Below, in pieces: positions 45,260 to 56,847 of a stretch of 64,000 nucleotides of DNA. Under the pieces are notes generated by a model that saw nothing but the letters and a program-made list of their open reading frames with translations, ran no database searches and was not told the origin of the DNA. Positions within the stretch are counted from its first letter, which is position 1; each line of letters starts with the position of its first letter. Source of the stretch: Minutocellus sp. GHC0000111 (Eukaryota); contig OZ361261.1 in NCBI GenBank assembly GCA_977018835.1, forward strand, positions 1,550,001 to 1,614,000, read 5' to 3'. The translations under genes and the position numbers were made by a program.

Positions 45260-46477
45260 CTATGCCCAAACCCACCACCATTCTTCCGACTTGCGTTCGC
45301 GGTCAGCAGCTGTCCCATTTATTTCGAATTCGTCGCCCGACTGTGATGTCATACGGTTACTGCTCCTGACAGAATCAGGATTTAGAGATTCCGTATCCTC
45401 CCTTGCAATTTCTTTTTTGATCTCCTTTCTCGCAAAGTAGATCGTTACAATAATGGCAAGAAGCCCGCACGCCCCGGTGACGGAGAGCCAAACTATGTTC
45501 GACAATGTCCAGTCCTCCGCAATGGAGCTGTTCTTGAGCGAACCGGCCGTGGCACCAAAGAGCACGGTGAGGAGCTGTGACGGTATGATGCCAATCATTG
45601 AGTTCACAAAGCTAGACAATTGCACACCCGTCACCCCACCGATATAATTAAGCGCAGAAAATGGAATGATCGAGCACAATCTGAGCAGCAACATGACCTT
45701 GAATCCCGATCGCTTCAGAGCCTTATCCACTGCGCCGATGATCGGATACCGTTTCGCAAACAGTTTGACAAGATCACGGGTCATGTAACGAGCTCTGGCA
45801 AAGGCAATGATACCTCCGATGCAACTGCCTAGAAAGCACGTCACCATAGCCAGCGCCATTCCATATGCAAAACCGTAAACCTCCACAAAGACAAATCCAG
45901 CCCCAAAAGTCATTAGGAATGGAGGAACAAACATGAGCGTCGTCAGGATGAACATGCCGACGAATGCAAAGGACGCGGCGATGCTGTTTTGGTCCATCCA
46001 TTTGAGGAACAGCTCCAAACCGGCGTGGATCTTGCTGTCCTCCCAGAACAGTCCAAATAGATCGGCGTACACGACGCATGCCACCACAAAAAAGGCGGCG
46101 GTAATCAACTTCTTCTGCCACGATCGGTTTCGGTACCAGGCGATGAGTTCCATGATGAAATGCTTGTTGATGTGCGGCGTTGTGTCGGGCGCTGCTGCAG
46201 CTGCTCCCGTGGTTGTTGCAGCGTCGCCAGTTTCCGGATCAACGTCCGACGATGACGACGGAGGAACCACAGTGAGCAGTCGCGGCGGTGCCATTGGGAT
46301 GTGCTGGTGCTGGTGGTGACGACGATTTATGTGTAACGCCTCTCGTCGTGTTGGCGATTCGTCAGTATCTCCACTGGCAACTTGCTCCATGCTTCTCATC
46401 AGGGCATTGTCCGCCGCCGCGGCCTCGGGAGATGGGAGAGAATGGTATCCATTGGGATCGTCCGTATCGCGGTCCAT
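45260..46477 (-). CDS. VTT/SNARE-associated (DedA/TVP38/TMEM64) membrane protein
   Basis: FVPPFLMTFGAGFVF, GSCIGGIIAF..ARY, LLLRLCSIIPFSALNY and GIIP. Confidence 0.9.
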   Translation of the reverse strand: MDRDTDDPNGYHSLPSPEAAAADNALMRSMEQVASGDTDESPTRREALHINRRHHQHQHIPMAPPRLLTVVPPSSSSDVDPETGDAATTTGAAAAAPDTTPHINKHFIMELIAWYRNRSWQKKLITAAFFVVACVVYADLFGLFWEDSKIHAGLELFLKWMDQNSIAASFAFVGMFILTTLMFVPPFLMTFGAGFVFVEVYGFAYGMALAMVTCFLGSCIGGIIAFARARYMTRDLVKLFAKRYPIIGAVDKALKRSGFKVMLLLRLCSIIPFSALNYIGGVTGVQLSSFVNSMIGIIPSQLLTVLFGATAGSLKNSSIAEDWTLSNIVWLSVTGACGLLAIIVTIYFARKEIKKEIAREDTESLNPDSVRSSNRMTSQSGDEFEINGTAADRERKSEEWWWVWA

Positions 46478-47527
46478 TTGGAGGAGGAGCGGCTGCTGCA
46501 GGATCTGGCCGAGCAGGCGGAGGGCATGGTTCCCATGCCATGCGTCTACGAGGTGGCAGCATCGTGGTTACCAGATCACATATTTGAGTACTGCAAGCTC
46601 CGCACTCATGCTCAGCTTTAAATGAAGGCTACTAACATAAAGAAATGGAGCAGAACCGGACTGCTGAACACATGCTTTGAGCTGGACATGAGATTGAAAG
46701 GTCCCTCTCTCTCGTGACTTTATTTTGCATTCGTTCGCTTTCAAGGAATTCCTCCGGGTTATTTTGGTCATAATAATAATTTTTTGCCGCCATGTCGCCA
46801 TGTCGCAACAGCAACAAACGGCACAAAAAGGCACATGCTGATGCCAAGCCCTCCATGCTCCTACGTAGCTACGCTGGAAACAGAATAAAACTCACTGTCT
46901 TGTGCTAGTAATAAAATCATGCACACTCAACCTCAGAAAACCACCGACATACCAACCGATAGAGCACTCTGAGAGGGTTCTCCTGATGCATTTTGAGCCG
47001 ACGATGCAATCAATCGAGTTGGTGACAGCAATTAGTTGCCTTGAACATGACCCTTTTTCGCTAACTTCGCCTGCGTGAAAAATGGCCACGTCACGGAGAA
47101 AGCGAACATAAAATTTATCAGGTTGGAGAAAATTTTATGTTTCAGAAAATTGGCGAGAAAAAAAGACACTAACAACCGCCTAGTAAAAAAAAACAGAAAA
47201 AAGGTTAATTGCCCCACCAAGGCAGACAGAGCAATTCTGGAAAAACTTTACTATGAATTGTTTTCTTAAGGAACAGTCCTGTCGTTGCGACAAGAAAAAA
47301 ATCGTTTCTTTGCCGATTTCGAAAAAATACCCCCCCCCAAAAAGACCGCTTTCCGGCCATTTCCAGACTTTGTCGCAACGACCAATCGAAAGAACGCATG
47401 AATTTACCTGGGGTAACTCTGTTCGACGACTTGTGCCGTATCTCTAACCGTTCGGGGGGCAAAGAGGGTGTCCCACCTCGTCAGTTTCATTCTCGTTCCA
47501 GCGTAGCTACGTAGCAACCAAACAGAC

Positions 47528-49666
47528 ATGATGACGTCCTCGCTCCGCCAAGGAGGCGATGGCGGCGGCAACAGCAGCGATGATGTCGCCTTCGCCTCGC
47601 CTTCGCGGCAAGGGACACAACAAATGCAACTGCTGGACCACGGAAAGACGCCTCGCGTCACCAATGCCGGCGGCACCAGTGCAGAGGACGATGGGGGCGT
47701 GGCCGTCGATGGTCTCACCGCCTCTCTGCTGGGCATCCATTTCCTTCCCTTCACTCCCCTGCCCGGTGATAGTGGTGACGGCGCTGCTGCCTTGCCTGAT
47801 AGCCGCGCGCTGCAGCAGCACCGCCATTGGCAGCACGAATACTCGCACCTCCTGCCCGCTCTGCCGGCCATGACGACCAGCCCCCAGCAGGCCACCAGAG
47901 GCCATCGCAGCACCCACAATGACACCAACGGCGATGCCAACTTGTGCTTTTCGGATCTGGGGGACAATTCCACCCTCACGGAGGATCCGGCCGATGTCGT
48001 GGGCCGATCGAAGCGCGGTAGTAGCGGCATCGGCGGCAGCAAAGTCGGGAAGAGCAGCCGGAAGCGGATCAAGGGGGCCTTCAAGTCCATCAAGAAGAGC
48101 ATCGTGCGGGGGAGCAAGTCGAAGAAGGCGAGCGTCGGCATCGCTGCCGATGCCGATGTCCTCGGTCGGGGGACCAATACCACCTCCATCTCGTCCAGCC
48201 CCGTCAGCGGTGGGGGGCAGTCGGCCATATTAATGTCCTCGTCGTCGGCCGCCGACCTGTCGCGTCTTCAAAGCAGCGCCGACGAGGCCACCCGCCGAGC
48301 CAAGGCGTTGACCGAACGGATCGAGTCCAAGACGGAGGAAATCACGGCACTGGAACGGAAGCTGGCGTCGTGCCGCGAGGCATTGGCCCGGGACGTGGCC
48401 GACCTCGACTCGCTGCGGGAGGACATTGACGCCCTGCAGCGCCGACGGAGGGAGGTGGAAAAGAGCAATGCCGATTCTAGTAGTGGTGCCTCCTCCCGGC
48501 CGAATGCGCAGACTGCTGTGCCGGTATCATCACAGCAACAGCAGTTGAAGCCGAAGCCGGAGGCGGTGAGGCGTCTGTCCTCCTTCATTCGTATCCATGA
48601 TCTCGATTTGGCCCAAGATGCCGGCACTGCAGCGGCGCCTGGCCAGGGATTGCCGCCTTCCAGTGCCGCTGACAGCAGCGTGGATGGAAGCAGCAACAAA
48701 ATCAATCTCAACCGGGCCTATTCGCTCTCTGTTGAGGTGAGCGAGGTCCAGACGGGATCGACGAGGCCGGACCTGGCCGACGTACACGGGAGCACGATTG
48801 CACCCGCCATCGTCGAAGCTCTGGCCAGGATGGCCTACGATGCTGCCACGGACGATGCGACGGATCGGTGGACTCCCTCCGCCGATACGAAGAAGGCCCT
48901 GGGCAAGCAGACCGATCTTGTCGTTGCTGCTGGATCTCACAATGCTTCGGTACTAGTAAGTGCGGGGGGAGCGCCGTGGATCCACGTACCTCCCAAGGAA
49001 GTCTTTGTGTGGCATGGCAAATTCGAGCACGGCGGCTTTGGTTCGGACTTGCCCGTCGTCAAGGCACGGGGCCTCGTGTTCTGCTCGGCGCAGGAGCTGG
49101 TAAGTCTCCTCCTTGACAGTACCCGCACCAAGGAATACAACAAAATGTCCATCGGGCGGACTGACGAGCATTACTTCCATCGCAATGCCCTGCCTGGTGT
49201 TACCGATGAAATGCCAGGAGGTGCTGCCTGTGGCAACGAGACCAACACTGAGGATGACACCTGCTGGGATGAGCTGCCGGGCGAAACGAGGATATTGCGT
49301 TCGCTGTCCAAGCCGCCGATGGTAAAGCCCGTCGAACTATTGACGCTGTACCACGCTCGAGAATTGGATGCGACAGCAGGCCAGATCGATGGATACCTCA
49401 TCGTATCCAGAAGCATCTGGGAAACCGAATGCGGTGTCCCCACCGAGGGTGGAGGAGGCAAGAAGAGTGACTCCTCCGCTACACGAACAGAAATGCTCCT
49501 GGGCGCTCAGCTTGTCCGGTCTGTCGATAACGCGGACCGGCCTCAATGCGAGCTGACGACCATCAACCACCTCAGCTCCAAGAGTATACCCATGATGATG
49601 GCAAAAAAGGTTGGACTTATGACTGCTGCAAGCTTCATTAGAGATATCCAGGGCGTCTTTGAGTAG
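47528..49666 (+). CDS. START/SRPBCC-like lipid-binding domain protein with an N-terminal coiled coil
   Basis: Heptad region, then LPVVKARG, LLLDSTRTKEYNKMSIGRTD, YLIVSRS, RTEMLLG and CELTTINH. Confidence 0.75.
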   Translation: MMTSSLRQGGDGGGNSSDDVAFASPSRQGTQQMQLLDHGKTPRVTNAGGTSAEDDGGVAVDGLTASLLGIHFLPFTPLPGDSGDGAAALPDSRALQQHRHWQHEYSHLLPALPAMTTSPQQATRGHRSTHNDTNGDANLCFSDLGDNSTLTEDPADVVGRSKRGSSGIGGSKVGKSSRKRIKGAFKSIKKSIVRGSKSKKASVGIAADADVLGRGTNTTSISSSPVSGGGQSAILMSSSSAADLSRLQSSADEATRRAKALTERIESKTEEITALERKLASCREALARDVADLDSLREDIDALQRRRREVEKSNADSSSGASSRPNAQTAVPVSSQQQQLKPKPEAVRRLSSFIRIHDLDLAQDAGTAAAPGQGLPPSSAADSSVDGSSNKINLNRAYSLSVEVSEVQTGSTRPDLADVHGSTIAPAIVEALARMAYDAATDDATDRWTPSADTKKALGKQTDLVVAAGSHNASVLVSAGGAPWIHVPPKEVFVWHGKFEHGGFGSDLPVVKARGLVFCSAQELVSLLLDSTRTKEYNKMSIGRTDEHYFHRNALPGVTDEMPGGAACGNETNTEDDTCWDELPGETRILRSLSKPPMVKPVELLTLYHARELDATAGQIDGYLIVSRSIWETECGVPTEGGGGKKSDSSATRTEMLLGAQLVRSVDNADRPQCELTTINHLSSKSIPMMMAKKVGLMTAASFIRDIQGVFE

Positions 49667-49945
49667 GTCTGCTAAGGAGGAAAGAGAAATATACTACGTA
49701 GTACCGTGCATACCGATGATCTAATGGCACTCTAATCGCTAACTTACTATTGTACAAAGGAAAAGGTATGAAATATAATACAATGTGTACATGTAGCTAT
49801 TCAATTTCTCTCAATTGGTGTGGACGTGCACACACACACGTGAACGCGAACGAGACGGAAATAAAGAAATATGCATTTACAAAGTGTACATAAATCGACT
49901 TTAATACATGTGTTGTTGTAGTAAACCTCATTTGCAGATTGCCCA

Positions 49946-50458
49946 TCACTGCATGGCATCGAGGGCGGCCTGAGAATAGGCGCGCTCCATGTCCTCTTTT
50001 GACAATGCCTGCGAGAGCATCGAGAGCCTGGCGTGCTTTGAACCACCTTGACTACATGTGCCTTGTGTTGCAGGCTTGTTCTGCTCGTCGAGGATAGCTT
50101 GGATGTGCCTCTTGTTGTTGGACATTCGTGCCTGGAAGGTAGCCGGCGTCTTGAGATGTTCTAGGCCTCGGGCGCAAACGCACATCGCCGTCGATGACGG
50201 GTAAGCTCTGATGCTGCTGCTGGTGGAGGCGGCGCATAATAGCTACAGTCCTCTGAAGATTGGACATGATTCTGCCCCTATCATCTTCGGAGAACCACTT
50301 CATTTCAATTTCCGATGACGACATGCTGTTGAGGCTTTGAACGGGGATGCATTTAACTTCTTTCGCGAAGAGACAGAAGCGGTGTTGTTGCACATGTAAG
50401 AAGGTGTCGCCATGGGACTGTGGAAGGGAGCCAGACTACCGATACCGGTGCAACACAT
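49946..50458 (-). pseudogene. Small diatom-specific protein, paralogue of 52109-52591, with two 1-nt frameshifts
   Basis: ASVS/FAKEV..MSSSEIEMKWFS..C.RGLEHLK..HIQAILDEQ aligns with PSVSFAE..FSDAEIDAVWIT..CFRGLESLK..HVDAILDEQ. Confidence 0.7.
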
Positions 50459-50805
50459 GTTCGAGATCGTAGGGTTTGTGAACGCGAATCTCGTGTTTTA
50501 TTTTTGGAGTTTTGTTCTGCATACTGATGCTTGGGTGACCTTTTCGAGAAGATGAGGCCAATGATAAGAGGAAGTGGGATGACAAAAAGTGATCAATTCG
50601 GCGAAGTTTTCCGTGGATCTATCTCTATAAAAAGCCTGAGCACGCGTTGAATGCGTGTGTAGTGCTGATGCGGTGGTGCTAGTGGCTAACGCACACTCAG
50701 GGGGTGGGTTCCCATCTGCGCGCAGAAAAGCGAGCCTTGTTTCGGCACACGTAAAAAGGCCGAGTGAAGAGTTTTGCGCAACAGCAGATGGCCCGGGCGC
50801 CCCGA

Positions 50806-51003
50806 TGAGATTAATGCGATCAGAAAATTATTTTTAAAGAAAAGCATGTCAGTCAAGGGTCGGTTGGAGGAGGAAGAAGGAGCTCTGACTTCAGTTAGGA
50901 GCAAGCAGTGAGATTAAGCGATCAGAAAATTTAAAGAAAAGCGTGTCAAGGGTTGTTGTTGGTTGGAGGAAGGAGCTCTGACTTCAGTTAGGAGGAGTGA
51001 GCA
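50806..51003 (+). repeat. Diverged ~100-bp tandem duplication
   Basis: TGAGATTAA(T)GCGATCAGAAAATT...GAAGGAGCTCTGACTTCAGTTAGGAG occurs twice. Confidence 0.85.
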
Positions 51004-51633
51004 GGTGTGTAGATAGAGACAAGGAGGTCTCTCACAATTCTGCCGCCAACAACCAAGAGAGCTAACCTTGATTGAGAGAGCAAGCCGCCAAGTTACAGGC
51101 CCACTTTTGATTGCCCCACTTCACAGTGTGCTCAAGCAGTCACCACACTAGCCTTGTGGGCCTGTGTCTGCAACACACTTTTGTTCACACATGTGCGTGC
51201 CTCTCACACACACTCTGTGGAGAGATGAGGTGGTCTGGCTTCTGCTTGGGAAAATGCACTGCACTTCGTGCTAGTCTGTTTGTGTCTCTTCTTGTGTGTT
51301 TGAAGTGTTGTCTTTTCTTTGGCGCGACTAGGGAGGACAAGAGAGAGGCCAGCAGCAAGTTGCGTGCGCGAGCGAGCCGAGAAAATTCGCAGCAAGCCAG
51401 CCGCGAAGGCGAGCACAACGTGTGCGCGCATGCATGCCTGCAAAAATTTTGTGTTGCTGTCACCATGGGAAAAAGCACGCCTCGCCAAAATCGAGTGACA
51501 TGTGAATGTTCGTCGACCTATAAAATTATAACTAAAAAAAACACACGACCTCTTATTGCTAGATTGGCCACGCCCACCCTCCAAGTGGCGACGTGCTAGT
51601 GGCATGCCTTAGAGGGCGCCCGGGCCCATCTGC

Positions 51634-51854
51634 TGACGTCAACCACACGTAAAACGTCGAATGAATCGGCGAAGAAGGTCGACTCTGTCGGCGAAGAAGG
51701 TCGTGAATTTTTCTATCTGCTGACGTCAGTTTCCCGGTTTCCCGTTTCAATGCCACTTTTTGGTCGATTTCAACTTGAAGGAATCTGATCATTAGACGTC
51801 ACACCCATTGACTTTCCACATAAGATATTCGAATATGCCCGTTTTATGACGTCA
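51634..51854. promoter_or_regulatory. Cluster of CRE/bZIP (aureochrome-type TGACGT) sites upstream of gene 52109
   Basis: TGACGTCA at 51634, 51721 and 51847, and AGACGTCA at 51794. Confidence 0.55.
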
Positions 51855-52108
51855 TATCATCGAGAAACTGCCCCCGCCCCAAGCCCGCGGGAAAGCAGAA
51901 ACAGCTGCCCCACAATTTTTGTGCACGCACACGATTTGTTCATGCACAATACTACTGACTCAATGCGTTTAGGCCTGCCTATCCCACAACATAACACAAG
52001 CATTCAAAGCAGGCCAGATTGCAGAGCTACATCCCGCAAACATAAACTTCTTGAGCTGCCTACATATCCCGCAAACACAAAAGAAGTCTTCCAACTACAG
52101 CCCTCTAC

Positions 52109-52591
52109 ATGCCATCCAACATGAGCACCAGCACCATCACCGCCGCCACATCCAAGAAGCAGAGACCATCAGTGAGCTTCGCCGAGCGAACTCGCATCTA
52201 CCTCGTCGAACGCCTATCTGACTTCTCCGACGCCGAGATTGATGCAGTCTGGATCACGCCGGAAGAAAACAAGGCAAGTCTCGCCGATGTTGCCAAGAAC
52301 GTCCAAGCCATGCGAAGGAACGCCACTGAAGACCACTCCCACGGCCTCTGCTTCCGTGGTCTCGAATCACTGAAAAGCGCTTCCATAGTCCAGGCAACGA
52401 AAATCAACAAAGAGAAACACGTCGACGCCATTCTCGACGAACAAGACCGGCAGTGGAAATACGCTGAAATCAGCCACGACAAAATTGCCAAGCTATCACA
52501 GAGCTCATCCGAACAGGCGAGGCAAAATGCCGTCGCCAAAGGTCTTCACGACAGCATTGTTGCCACTGTTGCAGCAATCGATGCAAAATAA
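52109..52591 (+). CDS. Small diatom-specific hypothetical protein (VSF..W..C.RGLE..V.AILDEQ family)
   Basis: Intact 160-aa ORF with motifs shared with the neighbouring divergent paralogue. Confidence 0.75.
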   Translation: MPSNMSTSTITAATSKKQRPSVSFAERTRIYLVERLSDFSDAEIDAVWITPEENKASLADVAKNVQAMRRNATEDHSHGLCFRGLESLKSASIVQATKINKEKHVDAILDEQDRQWKYAEISHDKIAKLSQSSSEQARQNAVAKGLHDSIVATVAAIDAK

Positions 52592-53628
52592 ATTGTCTAA
52601 TACGCATATTTTGCACATTTTTATATCAGCAAAGGCTGCCTTGCGTACATGTACAATAAATTAATCGAAAAGATCAATTGAACTCTCGCGCTATACATAA
52701 CATACATATTACAAATCAGCAAAGAATGTCATACATGTAGCTACATGCACTCTAACATACATATAACGTAATTCAATCAACAGTTACGTAGAATATAATT
52801 GCACAGACAAATATCTTTCGAATTGATACAGTCCAAACCAGCTGGCCGGCGAATATGGAGAAATTTTTGGAATTGGAACCTGCTCGGTTTTGGGAGATCC
52901 CGAACGTCAGCCCAAAACCGCCGCCAACACCAAGGAACAACGCCGGCCCTACTGTGCAGGAATTGACGATGCGCGAATTTTCTCGGCCTGCCGTGCTTAT
53001 CACCGCTGAAGTATGCCACACTTTTGTTGCAGTTGCAAATTTCTCCATGGCCCAACCTTCACCCAGTGCTTTCTTGTTCAAACCAACGATGTCTTCATCA
53101 CAGCGCCGTTTACTGCTAATGATGTCAAAGTAGCCGTTGACGATTTGCCTTCCCCTTCACGTTAGAGCGTCGAATGTACTATCATGCCCCCAATAACAAG
53201 TGCTCTTACAAAAGCCACAGTGTCATCTGAAATAGAAATATATTGGTAGAGGAAGACGCAGAAGTGTCCGTGTGCCAAAGAGACGCACCAGGAGCAGAAC
53301 AACCAGACCAAACCTCACAGCTATCTTCGAAGGCTTCGTACTAGCCAATAATACTGATGCTAGGAGAGATTGAGACTTGTAAGGTGTTCTGATTGCTTTA
53401 CAACATTTTGTATTTATTTGTTAATATATGAAAATATGATGACTGTCCATACTAATGCAAACACAGATGCTATTTTCGGACAGAGTTCTACCATGAAGCC
53501 CTGGTTCTACCAAGTAACTTGGTATTAGCTACACTCAGCTGGACGACACCGCCACACAGATACAAGATGTTGAAATAAATCATACAGCGCAAAACCAAAG
53601 TTCCTCCACTAGCTACTAGTCGAACTAG

Positions 53629-56600
53629 CTAATCGAATCTAGTCTTTCGGCTCGGTACCATTGGTTTGTACTCACTCACATCGACCTCGCTAAAACGAAT
53701 GTCGGCATGGGTCTTCAATAGTCTTTGGAGGTATCGCTGGCGTTCCATACTGGCCCAAAAGGGGATCTTATCAAATTCAAAAAAGGGGACGCGAACGACT
53801 GTCCAGCCTTGACGTTTGAGCATCCTATACTTGAGAACGGTATGGCCAAGAGCCCGTGGTTTAAGGCACCCTACAGAGCGTGTGAAATGATTTGGTCCAT
53901 CAAATTCAACTGCAACTTTGTGGTGTGACTCTCTGTGATCTCCACGTTCGGCCGTATGGGTCCAGGAACTTTCATCTTTCAGAATAATGGCAACGTCAAT
54001 GTCTTCGTCGTGCTCATTGAAGTGCGCAACACCCATTAGATCCAACGTTTGGCTCAAAGATTTGTGCCGAGCGCTGCTCGTCTTTTGCCTCGATTTCTCT
54101 TTATTCCAAGTACGTTCAAGATAGTCACGAAAGCCCGGGGTAACATCGGAAACAGCGCTGGGATAGTCTTCTTTCGCCAGATAATAAGATTGCCAAAGTT
54201 GATGCGCATTTTCCAGTCGTATGAAGGCACCTGATCTATACGATGAAGTTGCCGAGAGAAAGATGTGACGCAGAAGTTCTTCTGCGTCCTCGGAGGAGTT
54301 ATCTTGAAGAACGGTGAGGGACCATGCGATATTGGCTTGCTCTTGAGGGCCTAGTCCAACGGAGTCAAGTGACACAAAGTCATTCCCGCGGTCCGAAGAG
54401 CACTCGACCCTCCGAAGAATTGTTTTCGGGACAGCTTCTGCAAAGATACGAAAGACATCGTCTTCCTTTGAGGTGAGGTATAGATTGGCCTGAACCCAAA
54501 GCATTATTGATAGCTCCCATGCCTGCCATCGACGTTGCCTCTTTCGGTCCCCTCGTGCATGGCGAACATTACCACCCGTCTTCTTGTCATTTACTTCGCC
54601 GCTAGATCTATCCTCCATATCCTCACTGACAAGTATGATGTGAAGCGCTTCGTTGTAAATTTCAGAGAGTAAGCTAACATCATCGATTCGTCCGTGAGAG
54701 AGTGCGACAGAAAGCTGCACGAGGTCAGCGGGCTGCCAGTTCTCAAAGGGGCGACGATGGGCGTCGTAGTGCTTGTCTACACCAAGACCGATCCAATGGC
54801 GGTTGATTGCACCAACCAATTCTACTAGCGAGTCGCCCATGCGATGATTGTCCGATTGCAAAACAGCCACAGCCCAAGCTAGTTGTGAGACGTCCCGGGG
54901 TAGAAATCGTGACGTGCGATCATTGTTGTCACCAACCTTTCTCCAACCATTCTTCTGCACACCATAGTTGCCATTGCTGCCATTGGCTCTCCGGCCGTCG
55001 TTGGAGGCGCCTCTAGGAGTTTTATCGAGGTGTTTACTGGCTTCTTGGACTGCCGCATCAATCAAGTATTCGGTCGACTTGGAATCAAAATGCCCTCGAT
55101 TTGCGTAAGACCAGACAATTGTTGACAAATCTTTCCAAGGGCACTGTTGTAACATTGTTGTCATTTCGTGATCAGTGCTGTGGCTCTCCTCAACGTCGGC
55201 TACTTCCCCGTCCGAGCCATTCACGTGAGGTCTACGCTCTTTGCACAAGACATTGGAGACGGCGTCGAATAGATCGTCCACAATGATATCTGACCGAGAT
55301 TGTGCTCTCTTTTGCTTTCGATGGCTGACGGTAGATGTGTCTATCTCATCCAATCTCTCAAATATCACCACATCGTCCATGGGACCATCAAAAATACTAT
55401 CCGCTTGAGCCTTGACCGCATCAGCCCCTCCGGAGATATCATTTCCCGGGGCACCTCCGATCGCCGCGGCACTCACAAGGGCTGTGGCAACATCGCTGTT
55501 ATTAGAGCCACTGTCACTGGCACCGGCATCGTCAGGCACCCGGCCAACCCTCGGTGGTAGCTCCCATCCCGGTGGGACCTCGCGAGGCCGCGTCGACGCG
55601 TACGCCCAGCACGCCATGGTAAGCTCCCCAACCTTGACGACGTTGTCTTCGCTCTCACCACCACCACCCTCCTCCTCCTCCTCCTCCTGCCGATCCAAAA
55701 CGCTCGTAAGCCGAAGGGCAATCTCGTCCATGGTTTGGGCCAGCTCTTCCTGTAGTTTTCTGTCGTTCTCCTTGCCGAGGTCATTGCTACCGTCACCGCT
55801 GCTGCCGTTGTCAACGTCGTCGCCAATATTCCATCGCTCTCGCATCCCAAGCTCAATGCCGGCACCGTGACCCGGGAGGATGGAATCATCGTAGGCATGA
55901 TGCTTGCCAACGGCCCAGGCCGAGTTGCAAAGCTGTCGGGGGCTGAGCAGATCGGCCTCGACTAGCCGGCCCAGTATCGCAAATACCTCGTTGCGCAGTG
56001 TGCGGAACTGTTGTGCCAGAGGATCCTCTTCCTTGCCGTTTTTGGTAACTCTGGCCACGGTGGGAAGTTTCGATACCAGCTTGGCGCTGAGCGTGAGGGA
56101 GCACACCAGATTGGCCGCATTGCACTGCTCCGGCGGAGTTTCGAGGAGCGTCGTCAGAACGTCAACGGCCAGCTGCATCGGCGGCACCCTCTGCCTCGTT
56201 GGATCGCCTCGGCCCCTCCCTCTTCCTTGGCCTCGGCCTCGGCCCGTGCCTCTTCCCCTGCCGCCGCGGCCCTGACCACGCCCACGCCCGCGGCCGCGGC
56301 CACGCCCTCCGCTGATATTTCTATTGTTGCCGTTGCCGTTGCGGTTGTTGCGATCGTCCTGGCCACCGGCCGCCTTGATGCGTCGCTGGGTGGCCATGGA
56401 CGTTCGATAGCCTGTCTCCCAGGCCTTGTTGTTGCTTGGTCCGCTTGCAGGTGGTGATGGCGTGGCAGTTTGCAAAGCACCGGATTGCTGTTCCGTGTTT
56501 TCTGCTGCAGCTGATAATATTCTACTGCGATGGTGACGCCTGTTGCGATTCAATGTCGTTGTTGAAGTTACGCAAGACGACGAAGACGACGAAATGCAGG

Positions 56601-56784
56601 AAGTTGCTGATGTGCCACCACCCGCTGTGAGAGGACCAAAGCGAGTGTACGGAGAAGATACCGCCGGCAATGCCAAGGGCGGGGGAGAGAATGCCTCCGC
56701 ACAGCCAATAGGTGCATTGTTGTAGGATGATCGACGCTCCGCCGCCAGCAGGACGACGCTCAACGCTACGGTGCCGATCCTCAT
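53629..56784 (-). CDS. Plastid-targeted RAP-domain/OPR-like RNA-binding protein with an RGG tract
   Basis: AEAFSP presequence; PRQLCNSAWA, PRDVSQLAWA and PQEQANIAWS repeats; RAP domain VAVEFDGPNHF..LKYRMLKRQGWTVVRVPFFEF. Confidence 0.88.
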   Translation of the reverse strand: MRIGTVALSVVLLAAERRSSYNNAPIGCAEAFSPPPLALPAVSSPYTRFGPLTAGGGTSATSCISSSSSSCVTSTTTLNRNRRHHRSRILSAAAENTEQQSGALQTATPSPPASGPSNNKAWETGYRTSMATQRRIKAAGGQDDRNNRNGNGNNRNISGGRGRGRGRGRGQGRGGRGRGTGRGRGQGRGRGRGDPTRQRVPPMQLAVDVLTTLLETPPEQCNAANLVCSLTLSAKLVSKLPTVARVTKNGKEEDPLAQQFRTLRNEVFAILGRLVEADLLSPRQLCNSAWAVGKHHAYDDSILPGHGAGIELGMRERWNIGDDVDNGSSGDGSNDLGKENDRKLQEELAQTMDEIALRLTSVLDRQEEEEEEGGGGESEDNVVKVGELTMACWAYASTRPREVPPGWELPPRVGRVPDDAGASDSGSNNSDVATALVSAAAIGGAPGNDISGGADAVKAQADSIFDGPMDDVVIFERLDEIDTSTVSHRKQKRAQSRSDIIVDDLFDAVSNVLCKERRPHVNGSDGEVADVEESHSTDHEMTTMLQQCPWKDLSTIVWSYANRGHFDSKSTEYLIDAAVQEASKHLDKTPRGASNDGRRANGSNGNYGVQKNGWRKVGDNNDRTSRFLPRDVSQLAWAVAVLQSDNHRMGDSLVELVGAINRHWIGLGVDKHYDAHRRPFENWQPADLVQLSVALSHGRIDDVSLLSEIYNEALHIILVSEDMEDRSSGEVNDKKTGGNVRHARGDRKRQRRWQAWELSIMLWVQANLYLTSKEDDVFRIFAEAVPKTILRRVECSSDRGNDFVSLDSVGLGPQEQANIAWSLTVLQDNSSEDAEELLRHIFLSATSSYRSGAFIRLENAHQLWQSYYLAKEDYPSAVSDVTPGFRDYLERTWNKEKSRQKTSSARHKSLSQTLDLMGVAHFNEHDEDIDVAIILKDESSWTHTAERGDHRESHHKVAVEFDGPNHFTRSVGCLKPRALGHTVLKYRMLKRQGWTVVRVPFFEFDKIPFWASMERQRYLQRLLKTHADIRFSEVDVSEYKPMVPSRKTRFD

Positions 56785-56847
56785 GGTTGCTCTCGTCGGC
56801 CGTCAACTTCGTGCGTTTTTCGACAAGCAAAATGAAGAAGGCGCGAA

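Noticed and set aside
46620..47500. Another hypermutated island or TE end
   Set aside because: TAY sites persist and no paired terminus was found; it may be a repeat remnant, but I cannot support it.
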